Source: Candidatus Eiseniibacteriota bacterium
GTDB lineage: Bacteria; Eisenbacteria; RBG-16-71-46
Direction of reading: 5' to 3'
NCBI GenBank assembly: GCA_031364845.1
Contig: JANLWX010000111.1
Span: 1 to 26,928 of the forward strand
Length of the DNA: 26,928 bases
Shown here: positions 17,380 through 25,910 of the stretch, one piece after another
How the letters are laid out: each line of letters opens with the position of its first letter
Position numbering within the stretch: the first letter of the stretch is position 1
The notes under the pieces: model-generated
What the model saw: the letters and a program-made list of their open reading frames with translations, nothing else
Told to the model about the DNA's origin: nothing
Databases searched by the model: none
Position numbers and translations under genes: made by a program

Positions 17380-18453
17380 ATGAGACTCCTCGTTCACGGC
17401 CATTCGCTCGCGTCCGGCAGCGAGCGCATGCGGTTCGCCGCGTGCGGGCTCGCGATGCGCGGCCATGAAGTCGCATGGCTCGGACCTCATGCGCCGCCGG
17501 CTCTCGTCGCTTCCGGTGTGATCCGGCACGTGCCGCGCGCGGTGCGGAGCCGGCTCGGGCCCGCCGATCTGGTGCTCGGAGGCGGGCCCGAGCCGTTCCG
17601 CACCGCCGCGAACGGATGGTTCGCCGCAGTCCACGGGATGCTGCTGGGTCTCGATCCCGCCGTTGTGCGCGGCTGGAGCGTGCTCGATCGGTGGGCGTGG
17701 GGATCGCTCGACTCCGGGGGGCTGTTCGAAGCCGGCGCGGGGGATGCGCAGACCGATGTCGCGGGGCTGCCGGTGACGCGGCTTCACGCGTGGTCGCTCG
17801 AAGCGGTTCCGGAGGCGCCGGACGCCACGCATCCGGACGTGGAGGCGCTCGAGCGCGCGTGCGAGCACGCGGTTGCGCGCCGCCGTGGCCACGCGCCGCG
17901 CCCCGCGGTGTTCCTCGACCGCGATGGCACGCTCGTGGTTGAGAAGGGCTACCTGTCGCACGCCGATGATCTCGAACTGTTCGAAGGCGTTCCGCGCGCG
18001 CTCGCGCGGCTGCACGCGGCGGGTTACATGCTGGTGGTGGTCTCGAACCAGTCGGGTGTGGGGCGCGGATTCTTCCCACTGGCACGCGTGTACGAAGCGA
18101 TGGCGCGGCTGCGGCGGGATCTGCGCGGGAAAGGCGTGGAACTGGACGCGATCTACTTCTGTCCGCACCGGCCGGAGGCGGGCTGCGAGTGCCGCAAGCC
18201 GGCCCCGCTACTGCTGAGACGCGCGGCGGCGAACCTCAACCTTGCGCTGCGCCGCTCGGCGATGGTCGGTGACAAGCTCCTCGACGTGGAGACCGGCCAT
18301 CGCGCGGGCGCGGCGGGAATCCTGTTGCGCACCGGCTATGGGCGCGACGAGGAGCAGCGGGAACCGGAGCCGGGATGGAAGCCCCCGGATCGGATTACCG
18401 ACGATCTCGAAGCGGCGGCCGAATGGCTCGAGGAGCGGCTCGCGGCAGAGTGA
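17380..18453 (+). CDS. gmhB: GmhB-like heptose-1,7-bisphosphate phosphatase (HAD IIIA) with ~170-aa N-terminal extension
   Basis: C-terminal domain has FLDRDGTL, SNQSG, YFCPH..CECRKP, MVGDK..DVE. ATG 17380 chosen as start. Confidence 0.85.
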   Translation: MRLLVHGHSLASGSERMRFAACGLAMRGHEVAWLGPHAPPALVASGVIRHVPRAVRSRLGPADLVLGGGPEPFRTAANGWFAAVHGMLLGLDPAVVRGWSVLDRWAWGSLDSGGLFEAGAGDAQTDVAGLPVTRLHAWSLEAVPEAPDATHPDVEALERACEHAVARRRGHAPRPAVFLDRDGTLVVEKGYLSHADDLELFEGVPRALARLHAAGYMLVVVSNQSGVGRGFFPLARVYEAMARLRRDLRGKGVELDAIYFCPHRPEAGCECRKPAPLLLRRAAANLNLALRRSAMVGDKLLDVETGHRAGAAGILLRTGYGRDEEQREPEPGWKPPDRITDDLEAAAEWLEERLAAE

Positions 18454-18456
18454 CTG

Positions 18457-18477
18457 TGCGGCGGCAGCTGCGCCGCG
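18457..18477. terminator. GC hairpin between convergent genes, possible terminator
   Basis: GCGGCG/CGCCGC inverted repeat in the 27-nt gap; no U-tract on either strand. Confidence 0.25.
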
Positions 18478-18480
18478 GTG

Positions 18481-19575
18481 TCAGCGTTCGCGTTCGAGCC
18501 GCAAGTCGTAGGCGGTTGCGGTGCCTGCGAGGTGATAGTAGAGCTGATGACCGGGAACCTGGAGTTGCGCCGGAGTCACCCAGCGATCGGCGGCCAGTTC
18601 CTCGAGCCGGTTCGGATAGTGCCCGCGGTCGCGCCTGAACAATTCGAGCGCGTAGCGGACATCGCGAATCTGGGCCGTCACGAACACATCGTCGGAATCG
18701 ATCACGAGACTTCCGCGCAAGGCCCTGCCGCCTGCGATCAGCGCGGTGGCGCACAGGATCACCGAGACCGCGAGGATCAATTCGCGCGCGAACGAATGCC
18801 GGATCGCCATCGGTGCCGGCTTCTCGGGACGCAGCACGACGACGGGGGCCGCTGGGGCCGGCTCGCTCTCGCGCCGACCGACGAACTCGATCCATTGCGA
18901 ACGCAGCATGCGATCGAGGGACTCGTAGGCTTCCGAGTCGGTGAGCGGGGCCGCCTCCACCACTTCGGCGAGCGTGTGCCGTCCGTCGATGATGCCGAAC
19001 AGTTCACGCTCTTCGTCGGCGAGTGGCTCCTCGGCGTCCGGCAGGTCGCGAACGCCGAGCAGGGCGTCCTTGTCCGCGAACTGCTGCGCACAGCGTTCGT
19101 ACTCGTCCTGGCGGCGCGCCGCTTCGATCAGCGCACCTTCCATGGTGAGCCGCACACGCGCCGGAAGCTCCCAGCGCTGTTCGGTTTCGAAGCGATAGCT
19201 GCCGGTCTCCCATCGCACGATCCGCGTGATGTCGTCCAGGATCTGGCGCTCGAGGCAGATTGCGAGCTCTTCGGCTTCGAGGTAGCGGCCCGAGATCAGA
19301 ATGTCCTCGAGATCGCGGCGCGAGTCGCGCTGGATCGAGGCGATGCCGTGATGCTGCTCTTCGGACAGGCGGTGGACCTTGAGCAGGAAGCGCAGCAGCG
19401 GATCGTCTTTGAACATGCCCGGCAGACGGGTCGACACGATGCGGCCGTCCTGCACGTAGACCGAGACTCGCTGCGACTGATTCTCGATCACGAGGCAGCC
19501 GGTCTTCTGCTGCATGCCGAGCAGTTGGAGGATCTCGGTGGCCGAGAAGTCGCGGAGGTTTCCCTGGAGCGCCAT
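18481..19575 (-). CDS. DUF4388-domain membrane protein with C-terminal GspG/pseudopilin-like segment
   Basis: MALQGNLRDFSATEILQLL..KTGCL..VYVQDGRIV and W..GSYRF (DUF4388 pattern). One TM helix, then IRDVRYALELFRRDRGHYPNRLEEL. Confidence 0.8.
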   Translation of the reverse strand: MALQGNLRDFSATEILQLLGMQQKTGCLVIENQSQRVSVYVQDGRIVSTRLPGMFKDDPLLRFLLKVHRLSEEQHHGIASIQRDSRRDLEDILISGRYLEAEELAICLERQILDDITRIVRWETGSYRFETEQRWELPARVRLTMEGALIEAARRQDEYERCAQQFADKDALLGVRDLPDAEEPLADEERELFGIIDGRHTLAEVVEAAPLTDSEAYESLDRMLRSQWIEFVGRRESEPAPAAPVVVLRPEKPAPMAIRHSFARELILAVSVILCATALIAGGRALRGSLVIDSDDVFVTAQIRDVRYALELFRRDRGHYPNRLEELAADRWVTPAQLQVPGHQLYYHLAGTATAYDLRLERER

Positions 19576-19578
19576 GGG

Positions 19579-21660
19579 CTATGCCGCCTTGGTCACGGGA
19601 CGCCGGGCCGCCAGCGTGCGGCGCGCGGAGCGGGGAGCGAGCGAGGCTTCGATCCGGACGCGCTCGCGCTCGGCTTCGATCAGATATCCGAGCAGCGAGA
19701 TGAGGTAGAGTGTGATCCACGGCACGATCACGAACAGGTCGGGAAGTGCGGCGTCCGGATTCGCGAGCCGCGGCTCGTAGGAGAACGGCGTGGCGAGTCC
19801 GAACGCGGTCGAGGCCAGCACCAGTCCGAGCGTGAGCAGAATCCAGGCTTCGAACACACGGCGGTGCGCCACCCATCCGAATCCGGGAATCAGCGCGGCG
19901 AGCGAGGTGCGCAAGACGCGTTCCCGGCGCCGCACGCTGCGCGCATGCTGCAGCAGCATCGGATTCGCGTGTTCGGCGGCCGCCGACTTCGAATCGAAGG
20001 CGGCGCAGGTCTGGCACAACGCGACCTCGCGGCGCCGTTCGGCACAGCGCCGGCAGACGACCCGGCCACAGGTTCCGCACCCACGCAACGGCATGCGGCG
20101 GTGCTGCACGACACCGAGCGTGATGCCGATGCCGGCGCACAGCACGACGAGCGCGCTGAACGGCCATCCCAGGCATTCGATCCGCGAGCGCCAGTTCGGC
20201 GGGACCGCGAACGTCTCGCCCCGCGAAGGTTCGTAGCGCGCGAGGGCATTCCAGAAGCGCCCGGGTGCGATCCACAGGTCGGCCGGCGGCAGCGCCTCGC
20301 GTGTCCCGACCTGGGTTTGATAGGGCTTGAGCAGGTCGAAGTTGAGCGCCGAGGCGCGGGCCATGGCTTCGGACGCGGCCTGGAATTCGAAACGGTCGGT
20401 GTGGATCCGCGCGCGGTTGTAGTGGGTCGCGGCGTTGAACGGGTTGGCATTGGCGGCGCGATCGTAGACGTCGAGCGCTTCGTCGGAGCGACCGAGCTGG
20501 CTCAGCACGTTGCCGAGGTTGTTGAGCACGCGGTCGTCGTTCGGCCACAGCTCGAGCGCGCGCCGGTAGCCGGCTTCGGCCGTGGCGAGATCGCCGCCGC
20601 GGCGCGCCATCCACGCCCGTCCGAAGTGGAGGAACGCGTTGTCGGGATGCTCACGCGCGAGTTGCGCGAGATGCTCGGCGAGCCGCGGGGCATAGGTTTC
20701 ATTCTGGAGCCGCAGCACTCCGAACAGCGGTTCGCGATCTTCACGCAACGGGCTGCCGAGCCGGTCGAGCTGGCCGACGAACACCGGCGTCGCGACCAGT
20801 CCGGCAACGAGGATCACGAACAATGACCGCTCCATCCACTTGAGCACCGGCCACAGCAGGCCGAGCAGGAACACCGTGGGCAGCGCCGGCCCCAGTCCGA
20901 CCAGGAACGGGACGACGAGGACCACCCACGACCACGCAACCGCGCGGCCCGGCGACATGAAACGGCCGAACCGTTCCCGCCACCGATGGCGCAGCTCGGC
21001 GTTGCGGGACACCACCATCATGACGCCGACCGCGATCAGGCTGAGAAGCAGCGCCTGAACCAGCGTGAAGAGCGCATTCGCTTCGAGCGCGAGCTGGAAG
21101 GTGAAGCTCTGCCGCGCGACCTCGAGCAGCGAAGCGTAGTGAGCGAGCGCCTGGCCCGGCTCGCGCATCAGGAACCAGGCGCCGAGCGTGAAGTAGGGTG
21201 GTGTGAACGCCGGGTCGAGCTGCGAGGCGCCGCGCACGAGCCGGATGCCTTCGTCGACCGCTCCCGATTGATGGGCCATCAGGCCGCGCCGGTAGAACAG
21301 GCGCGCTTCGTCGGGAAGCGCCGGAATCTGATGGCGCACTTTGTAATCGAGCCACGGCCCGATCTCGCTCAGTGTGGGCGGGGGTGTCATCGGGGCGACC
21401 GGAGCAACCACCACCGGCGCGGGCATGGGGGCCGCTTTCGCGACGGTATCGGGGGCGGAGCGTACGTGCGCGACCCGCATCGGGGTCGCAAACGACACGG
21501 TCGTGTCGGCGGAAGACTGGGCGCGTGTGTCTGGTGCGAATCCCGCACCGAGCATGGCGAGTGCCGCCACCCACAGCGCGCCACGCGCCCAGGTGTGCGG
21601 GCGGGGGTGCTCGGGGTGTCCGGTGCGCGGGGGTGCGGGGGTCGTGTGGCGTGAAGTCAC
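19579..21660 (-). CDS. Multi-pass membrane protein with TPR repeats and a six-Cys cluster
   Basis: Signal-peptide-like segment, TPRs ([29 protein letters not shown]), several TM helices, [17 protein letters not shown]. 3-nt gap to the DUF4388 gene. Start uncertain. Confidence 0.8.
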   Translation of the reverse strand: MTSRHTTPAPPRTGHPEHPRPHTWARGALWVAALAMLGAGFAPDTRAQSSADTTVSFATPMRVAHVRSAPDTVAKAAPMPAPVVVAPVAPMTPPPTLSEIGPWLDYKVRHQIPALPDEARLFYRRGLMAHQSGAVDEGIRLVRGASQLDPAFTPPYFTLGAWFLMREPGQALAHYASLLEVARQSFTFQLALEANALFTLVQALLLSLIAVGVMMVVSRNAELRHRWRERFGRFMSPGRAVAWSWVVLVVPFLVGLGPALPTVFLLGLLWPVLKWMERSLFVILVAGLVATPVFVGQLDRLGSPLREDREPLFGVLRLQNETYAPRLAEHLAQLAREHPDNAFLHFGRAWMARRGGDLATAEAGYRRALELWPNDDRVLNNLGNVLSQLGRSDEALDVYDRAANANPFNAATHYNRARIHTDRFEFQAASEAMARASALNFDLLKPYQTQVGTREALPPADLWIAPGRFWNALARYEPSRGETFAVPPNWRSRIECLGWPFSALVVLCAGIGITLGVVQHRRMPLRGCGTCGRVVCRRCAERRREVALCQTCAAFDSKSAAAEHANPMLLQHARSVRRRERVLRTSLAALIPGFGWVAHRRVFEAWILLTLGLVLASTAFGLATPFSYEPRLANPDAALPDLFVIVPWITLYLISLLGYLIEAERERVRIEASLAPRSARRTLAARRPVTKAA

Positions 21661-21675
21661 ATGGAGTCCAATCCC

Positions 21676-21705
21676 TTGACACTGCTGGTGCTACGCTCCT
21701 AAGGT
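21676..21705 (+). promoter_or_regulatory. Putative sigma70-type promoter for asnS
   Basis: TTGACA (21676-81), 18 nt spacer, TAAGGT (21700-05). Confidence 0.6.
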
Positions 21706-21821
21706 GCCGCGGATTTGCAGGAGGTATCGGCGCTCCGCGCACGCCTCCTGAGGTCTTTTCGGCCGGCCCTTCGCGGCGGTCTTCCTTCGGCACCGTATCC
21801 CCACGCACTGGAGTTCCCAGG

Positions 21822-23141
21822 ATGGCTGAGACCCCGACGACGAGCACTGCACCCTGGATCCGGATCTCCGAAGCCCGTGAACATCTGGAGGGCACGGTCG
21901 AAGTGCGCGGCTGGCTCACGCACAAACGCTCGAGCGGCAAGGTGCAGTTCCTGGTGTTGCGCGACGGCACCGGAGTAATGCAATGCGTGGCCGGTGTGCA
22001 GGACTTGTCGCCCGCGGAATGGGAAACCGCCGGGCGGCTGACGCAGGAGTCGGCGGTGATCGTGCGCGGATCGCTGCGCGCGGACGCGCGCGCTCCGGGT
22101 GGCGTCGAGATGGGTCTGAAGGCGCTCGAACTCGTGAGCCTCGCCGATGAGTATCCGATCACGCCCAAAGAGCACGGCGTCGACTTTCTGATGGACCACC
22201 GGCATCTGTGGCTGCGCGCACCGCGCCAGCAGGCGTTGCTGCGCCTGCGCTCGGAGATCATCGCCGCGTTCCGCGACTTCATGGAGCAGGAAGGTTTCCT
22301 GCTGGTCGATGCTCCGATCTTCACCCCGGCGGCGTGCGAAGGCACGACCACGTTGTTCGAAACCACGTACTTCGACGAGCAGGCCTACCTCACGCAGAGC
22401 GGCCAGCTCTACATGGAAGCCGCAGCGATGGCACTCGGACGGGTCTATTGCCTGGGACCCGCGTTCCGCGCCGAGAAGAGCAAGACGCGCCGGCATCTGA
22501 TCGAGTTCTGGATGATGGAGCCTGAGTGGGCATGGGCCACGCTCGAGGACGTGATCGCACTCGAGGAGCGGCTGCTGATCTACACGGTGACCCGTGTGCT
22601 CGAACGCCGCGCCGAGGAATTGAAGGTGATCGAACGCGACACTTCGAAGCTCGCGCGTGTCCAGGGTCCGTTCCCGCGCATCCATTACAACGACGCGGTG
22701 AAGATGCTGCACGACGCCGGCATGCCGTTCGAGTGGGGCAGCGACTTCGGTTCGCCGGATGAGACGGAGCTGTCGAACCGTTACGAGACGCCGATCTTCG
22801 TGACCCACTATCCGGCCGCGGTGAAGGCGTTCTACATGGAGCCGGATCCCGCGGATCCTCGTCTCAGCATGTCGTGCGATTGCCTGGCCCCCGAAGGCTA
22901 CGGCGAGATCATCGGCGGGGGACAGCGCATGAGCTCGCTGCCGCTGCTTGAACAGCGCATCGACGAGCACGGTCTCCCGCACGCGGCGTTCGAGTGGTAC
23001 AAGGACCTGCGTCGCTACGGCAGCGTTCCCCACTCGGGATTCGGGATCGGCGTCGAGCGCACGCTCGCCTGGATCGCCGGGCTCGAGCACGTGCGCGAGT
23101 CGATTCCGTTCCCGCGGATGCTGAACCGCCTGCGACCCTGA
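21822..23141 (+). CDS. asnS: Asparagine--tRNA ligase
   Basis: OB fold ([21 protein letters not shown]), [68 protein letters not shown] before ATG 21822. Confidence 0.96.
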   Translation: MAETPTTSTAPWIRISEAREHLEGTVEVRGWLTHKRSSGKVQFLVLRDGTGVMQCVAGVQDLSPAEWETAGRLTQESAVIVRGSLRADARAPGGVEMGLKALELVSLADEYPITPKEHGVDFLMDHRHLWLRAPRQQALLRLRSEIIAAFRDFMEQEGFLLVDAPIFTPAACEGTTTLFETTYFDEQAYLTQSGQLYMEAAAMALGRVYCLGPAFRAEKSKTRRHLIEFWMMEPEWAWATLEDVIALEERLLIYTVTRVLERRAEELKVIERDTSKLARVQGPFPRIHYNDAVKMLHDAGMPFEWGSDFGSPDETELSNRYETPIFVTHYPAAVKAFYMEPDPADPRLSMSCDCLAPEGYGEIIGGGQRMSSLPLLEQRIDEHGLPHAAFEWYKDLRRYGSVPHSGFGIGVERTLAWIAGLEHVRESIPFPRMLNRLRP

Positions 23142-23168
23142 GCGAGGATGGCCGGCGCGCGGGTGCGT

Positions 23169-24623
23169 TCAGCGCCGGCGCAGGATCAGCAGCGCGAGAT
23201 CGCCGGCTTCGGGCTGGGCGGTGAATACCGGCTCGTAGCCAGCGAACGTCGACTCGCGCTCGGCGGAATCCCGAAACGGCGCACCGGTGCCGGCGAACGC
23301 CTCACCCGTGCGGATCACACCGCGGCGCACCACGAGCCAGTCGGGTCGTTCGCGCGCGACGATGTCGCCATACCAGCCGCTGCCCTCGCGCCGCCGGCGC
23401 GCGACTCCCGGTGAGACGAGCCCGACTTCGTCGATCACGCGCAACGGGGTTTCGTAGCCGATGATGCCGATCGGCTCCAGCATCACCGACTGTCCGGGCG
23501 TTGCGGAGCGCAGCAGGTAGTTCGCGGCCTCGCCGAAGGTCACGTATTCGCCGTGCGCGCGCGCGCGATAGAGTACGTCGGCATACGACCACAGCGAGAG
23601 GCAGAACACGGCCGCCGTGATCGGGATCAGGCGGCCGCGGACGAGCCCCGGAAAGCCGACGCTGGCGGCGAGCATAATGCCCGCGAGCGGAATCAGGAGG
23701 TACCATGAGAAGTAGGCGACGCCGAGCACCGCGTAGGCGAGCCACACGGCCAGCATCGCCGCGGTGACGAGCCCCAGACTGCTTGCGCGCCGCGGCCACA
23801 GCGAGACGATCCCCGCGACCGCGGCGGGAAACAGGACGATGCGCAGCAGGGTGAGGTCGACGGTGTCGTTCAACACGGGACCGAAGCCGATCACGACCGG
23901 CGACAGCCAGTCCCACCAGTGACGACCGCTCCAGGGACCGGGCGTGCCATAGATCATCGACTTCGCGATCACACTCTGCGGCACCGGGGATCCGAAGTAG
24001 AGCCACAGCGCGGCGATGCCCGATCCGCACACGACCGCCGCGATGATCCGGTCCCGCGCGCGAGCGCCGAGCGACAGGATCGCAGCGATGGCGATGCCTT
24101 CCGGCCGCGTCAGCGCTAGCACGCCGAACATGGGCCCCGCGGCCGGATGCCGCCGGTCGGCGAGGGCGGCCGAAAGCGCGGTCAGCGCGAGCATGAAGTT
24201 CATCTCCATGCCCGAAGCGGAGACGAACGCGAAGTAGGGCCACACCGCGAACATGAATGCGAAGCACCACGCGGCCCGACGCGAAACGTGGCGCGCCAGC
24301 AGCTGAGTCAGCGTCAGCAGCGTGACGACGTCCGCGATCACGCTCCACGACTTGGCCCACACGACCGGATCGCGCATGAGCATGAATCCGATCGCGTTCC
24401 ATGCCGTCCAGATGGGAGAGGAGAAGCCGAACACGCGTTCGGCAGGATTGAACACCCATCCGTTTCCGGCGGCGACATTCCGCGCATAGCGGAACGTGAT
24501 GTAAGCGTCCTCGGAGGCGAACGGAATGAACCACCACGCCACGAGCCGGGTCGCGAGCAGGAGGATGAGCGGAATCAGGTACGGACCGCGGAGTTCGGCG
24601 ATCGAGCGGAGGGCGGGAAACAC
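23169..24623 (-). CDS. Polytopic membrane protein, putative GT-C-fold (polyprenyl-phosphate-sugar) glycosyltransferase
   Basis: EDAYITFRYARN..GNGWVFNP.ERVFGFSSPIW after the first TM, SGME, LTRPEG, many TM helices, C-terminal GIIGY..VIDEVGLVSP domain. Frame stays open upstream to 24707. Confidence 0.75.
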   Translation of the reverse strand: MFPALRSIAELRGPYLIPLILLLATRLVAWWFIPFASEDAYITFRYARNVAAGNGWVFNPAERVFGFSSPIWTAWNAIGFMLMRDPVVWAKSWSVIADVVTLLTLTQLLARHVSRRAAWCFAFMFAVWPYFAFVSASGMEMNFMLALTALSAALADRRHPAAGPMFGVLALTRPEGIAIAAILSLGARARDRIIAAVVCGSGIAALWLYFGSPVPQSVIAKSMIYGTPGPWSGRHWWDWLSPVVIGFGPVLNDTVDLTLLRIVLFPAAVAGIVSLWPRRASSLGLVTAAMLAVWLAYAVLGVAYFSWYLLIPLAGIMLAASVGFPGLVRGRLIPITAAVFCLSLWSYADVLYRARAHGEYVTFGEAANYLLRSATPGQSVMLEPIGIIGYETPLRVIDEVGLVSPGVARRRREGSGWYGDIVARERPDWLVVRRGVIRTGEAFAGTGAPFRDSAERESTFAGYEPVFTAQPEAGDLALLILRRR

Positions 24624-24753
24624 TCCGGCGCCGGCGGGTGCGGGTTCGAGCGGCTCGGCGTTGGGAGCACGGCGGGAGTTTTTCAGGTTCGGCTCGGAGT
24701 CGGAGGATCATCGAAGACCGCGGTGCCACGACCCCGGCCAGGAACCGGGCCGC

Positions 24754-24782
24754 AGTCTATGCGCACCCCGTCACGCCGACAA
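24754..24782 (-). promoter_or_regulatory. Putative sigma70-type promoter for the GT-C-like gene
   Basis: Minus strand TTGTCG (24782-77), 17 nt spacer, TAGACT (24759-54). Confidence 0.5.
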
Positions 24783-24816
24783 CCGATCGCACTCGGGCTG
24801 CCGTGGTGTTGATTTC

Positions 24817-24845
24817 TTGACATCGATAGGATCGCTGCCTAGTGT
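24817..24845 (+). promoter_or_regulatory. Putative sigma70-type promoter P1 for the PstS-like/TPR unit
   Basis: TTGACA (24817-22), 17 nt spacer, TAGTGT (24840-45). Confidence 0.6.
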
Positions 24846-24871
24846 GCGGCGCCCGTCGGGGGCACCCGTGT

Positions 24872-24900
24872 GAAGGGCCAAATCCCATCGAGAAGGGCCA
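24872..24900 (+). repeat. 9-bp direct repeat GAAGGGCCA, period 20
   Basis: Exact copies at 24872-80 and 24892-900. Confidence 0.6.
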
Positions 24901-24905
24901 TCGCT

Positions 24906-25910
24906 GTGATTGACAATCTGCGAGAACGGTCCGTAAACTCACGCCACTTCGTAGTCCGGGAATTCGTTGGCGACCTTCGTCTTGGGGCGGCCCTGTCCGT
25001 ATGTGTCATGACAGCGCTCCTCGGCGGCTGTTCTCCCCGGTCCGCCCCCGGAACCGTGGAAGATTCCGTCACCAGTGGGCGTATTCGGATGGTCACCGCA
25101 TCCGAGGTGGGTGACCTGATTTCCCGAGAGCGGTCTGCGTTCCTGGCGCTCTACCCGCAATCCGACATCCGCCTCGATACGGGATCGTCCCGGGAAGCCA
25201 TCCGTGCCCTGTTCGGGGCCGAATGCGATCTCGCGGCGATCTCACGTGAATTGCGACCCGAGGAACGTCGATCGGCATCGGAGGGAGGACTCGAGTTGGA
25301 AGGTTATCGATTTGCGAGGAATGCTGTTCTGATGATCGTGCATCCTTCGAACGGGGTCGAGAACCTCTCGCTCGAGGACGTGCGCCTGATCTATAAAGGT
25401 GGAGTGACGAATTGGGCTCAGCTCGGCGGCGCGAATGTCGCGATCGTCCCGGTGGCGCAGCCGCCGGAAGCGGACGTGACGGAGTTCTTCGCCGAGGAAG
25501 CGCTCGGGGGCGAACCGATGGTCGCGCGGGCGCGAATGGCGGTGAACGACTCGGCGGTGGTCGCGGCGGTGGCGCGCGAGACGGGCGCGGTCGGTTACGT
25601 TGCGCTTGGAGCGTCGACGGAACATGTGAAGGTGGCGAGGATCGCGACGTTGCGCGGACTTCCGTACTGGAAGCCCGACCTCGAGGCGATCTACCGTGGC
25701 GACTATCCGCTCACGCGCTTCTACAACGTTTACGTACGCTCCGGAGCGCCGCGGCTCGCGGGCGGTTTCATCACGTACATCACCAGCATGGACGGCCAGC
25801 GGCTCGTCAAGGAGATGGGCCTGGTGCCGACCAGTGTGCCGGTTCGATTCGTTCGGCGCTCCCCGATGTTGAGCACCCATTCGAGAGGAGACTCGATTTC
25901 AACCCCATGA
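24906..25910 (+). CDS. PstS-family (PBP type 2) substrate-binding lipoprotein
   Basis: Lipobox LLGG-C, TGSSREAI, DLAAISRELRPEE, IVHPSN..LSLEDVRLIYKG..NWAQLGG, YPLTR, GQRLVKEMGLVP. Start uncertain (GTG 24870, GTG 24906 or later). Confidence 0.82.
   Translation: MIDNLRERSVNSRHFVVREFVGDLRLGAALSVCVMTALLGGCSPRSAPGTVEDSVTSGRIRMVTASEVGDLISRERSAFLALYPQSDIRLDTGSSREAIRALFGAECDLAAISRELRPEERRSASEGGLELEGYRFARNAVLMIVHPSNGVENLSLEDVRLIYKGGVTNWAQLGGANVAIVPVAQPPEADVTEFFAEEALGGEPMVARARMAVNDSAVVAAVARETGAVGYVALGASTEHVKVARIATLRGLPYWKPDLEAIYRGDYPLTRFYNVYVRSGAPRLAGGFITYITSMDGQRLVKEMGLVPTSVPVRFVRRSPMLSTHSRGDSISTP
24910..24939 (+). promoter_or_regulatory. Putative second promoter P2
   Basis: TTGACA (24910-15), 18 nt spacer, TAAACT (24934-39). 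Confidence 0.5.

Noticed and set aside
18478..20826. 782-aa plus-strand ORF, and other long antisense ORFs such as 11472-13622, 14810-16852, 2320-4149 and 9536-11323
   Set aside because: Shadow frames of well-supported genes; stop codons are scarce at this GC content and the translations have no recognisable motifs.
21590..21645. G-run-rich tract (GGGGTG repeats) as a G-quadruplex or repeat element
   Set aside because: Explained by Pro/Thr/His codons of the minus-strand ORF; no regular periodicity.
21700..21715. AAGGTGCCGCGG resembling a T-box upstream of asnS
   Set aside because: Lacks the UGGN-ACC bulge, overlaps the -10 box, and there is no room for Stem I.
24870..25910. Naming the gene pstS, or calling the direct repeat a Pho box
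   Set aside because: No pstCAB/phoU nearby, and the repeat matches neither the Pho-box sequence nor its 11-bp period.
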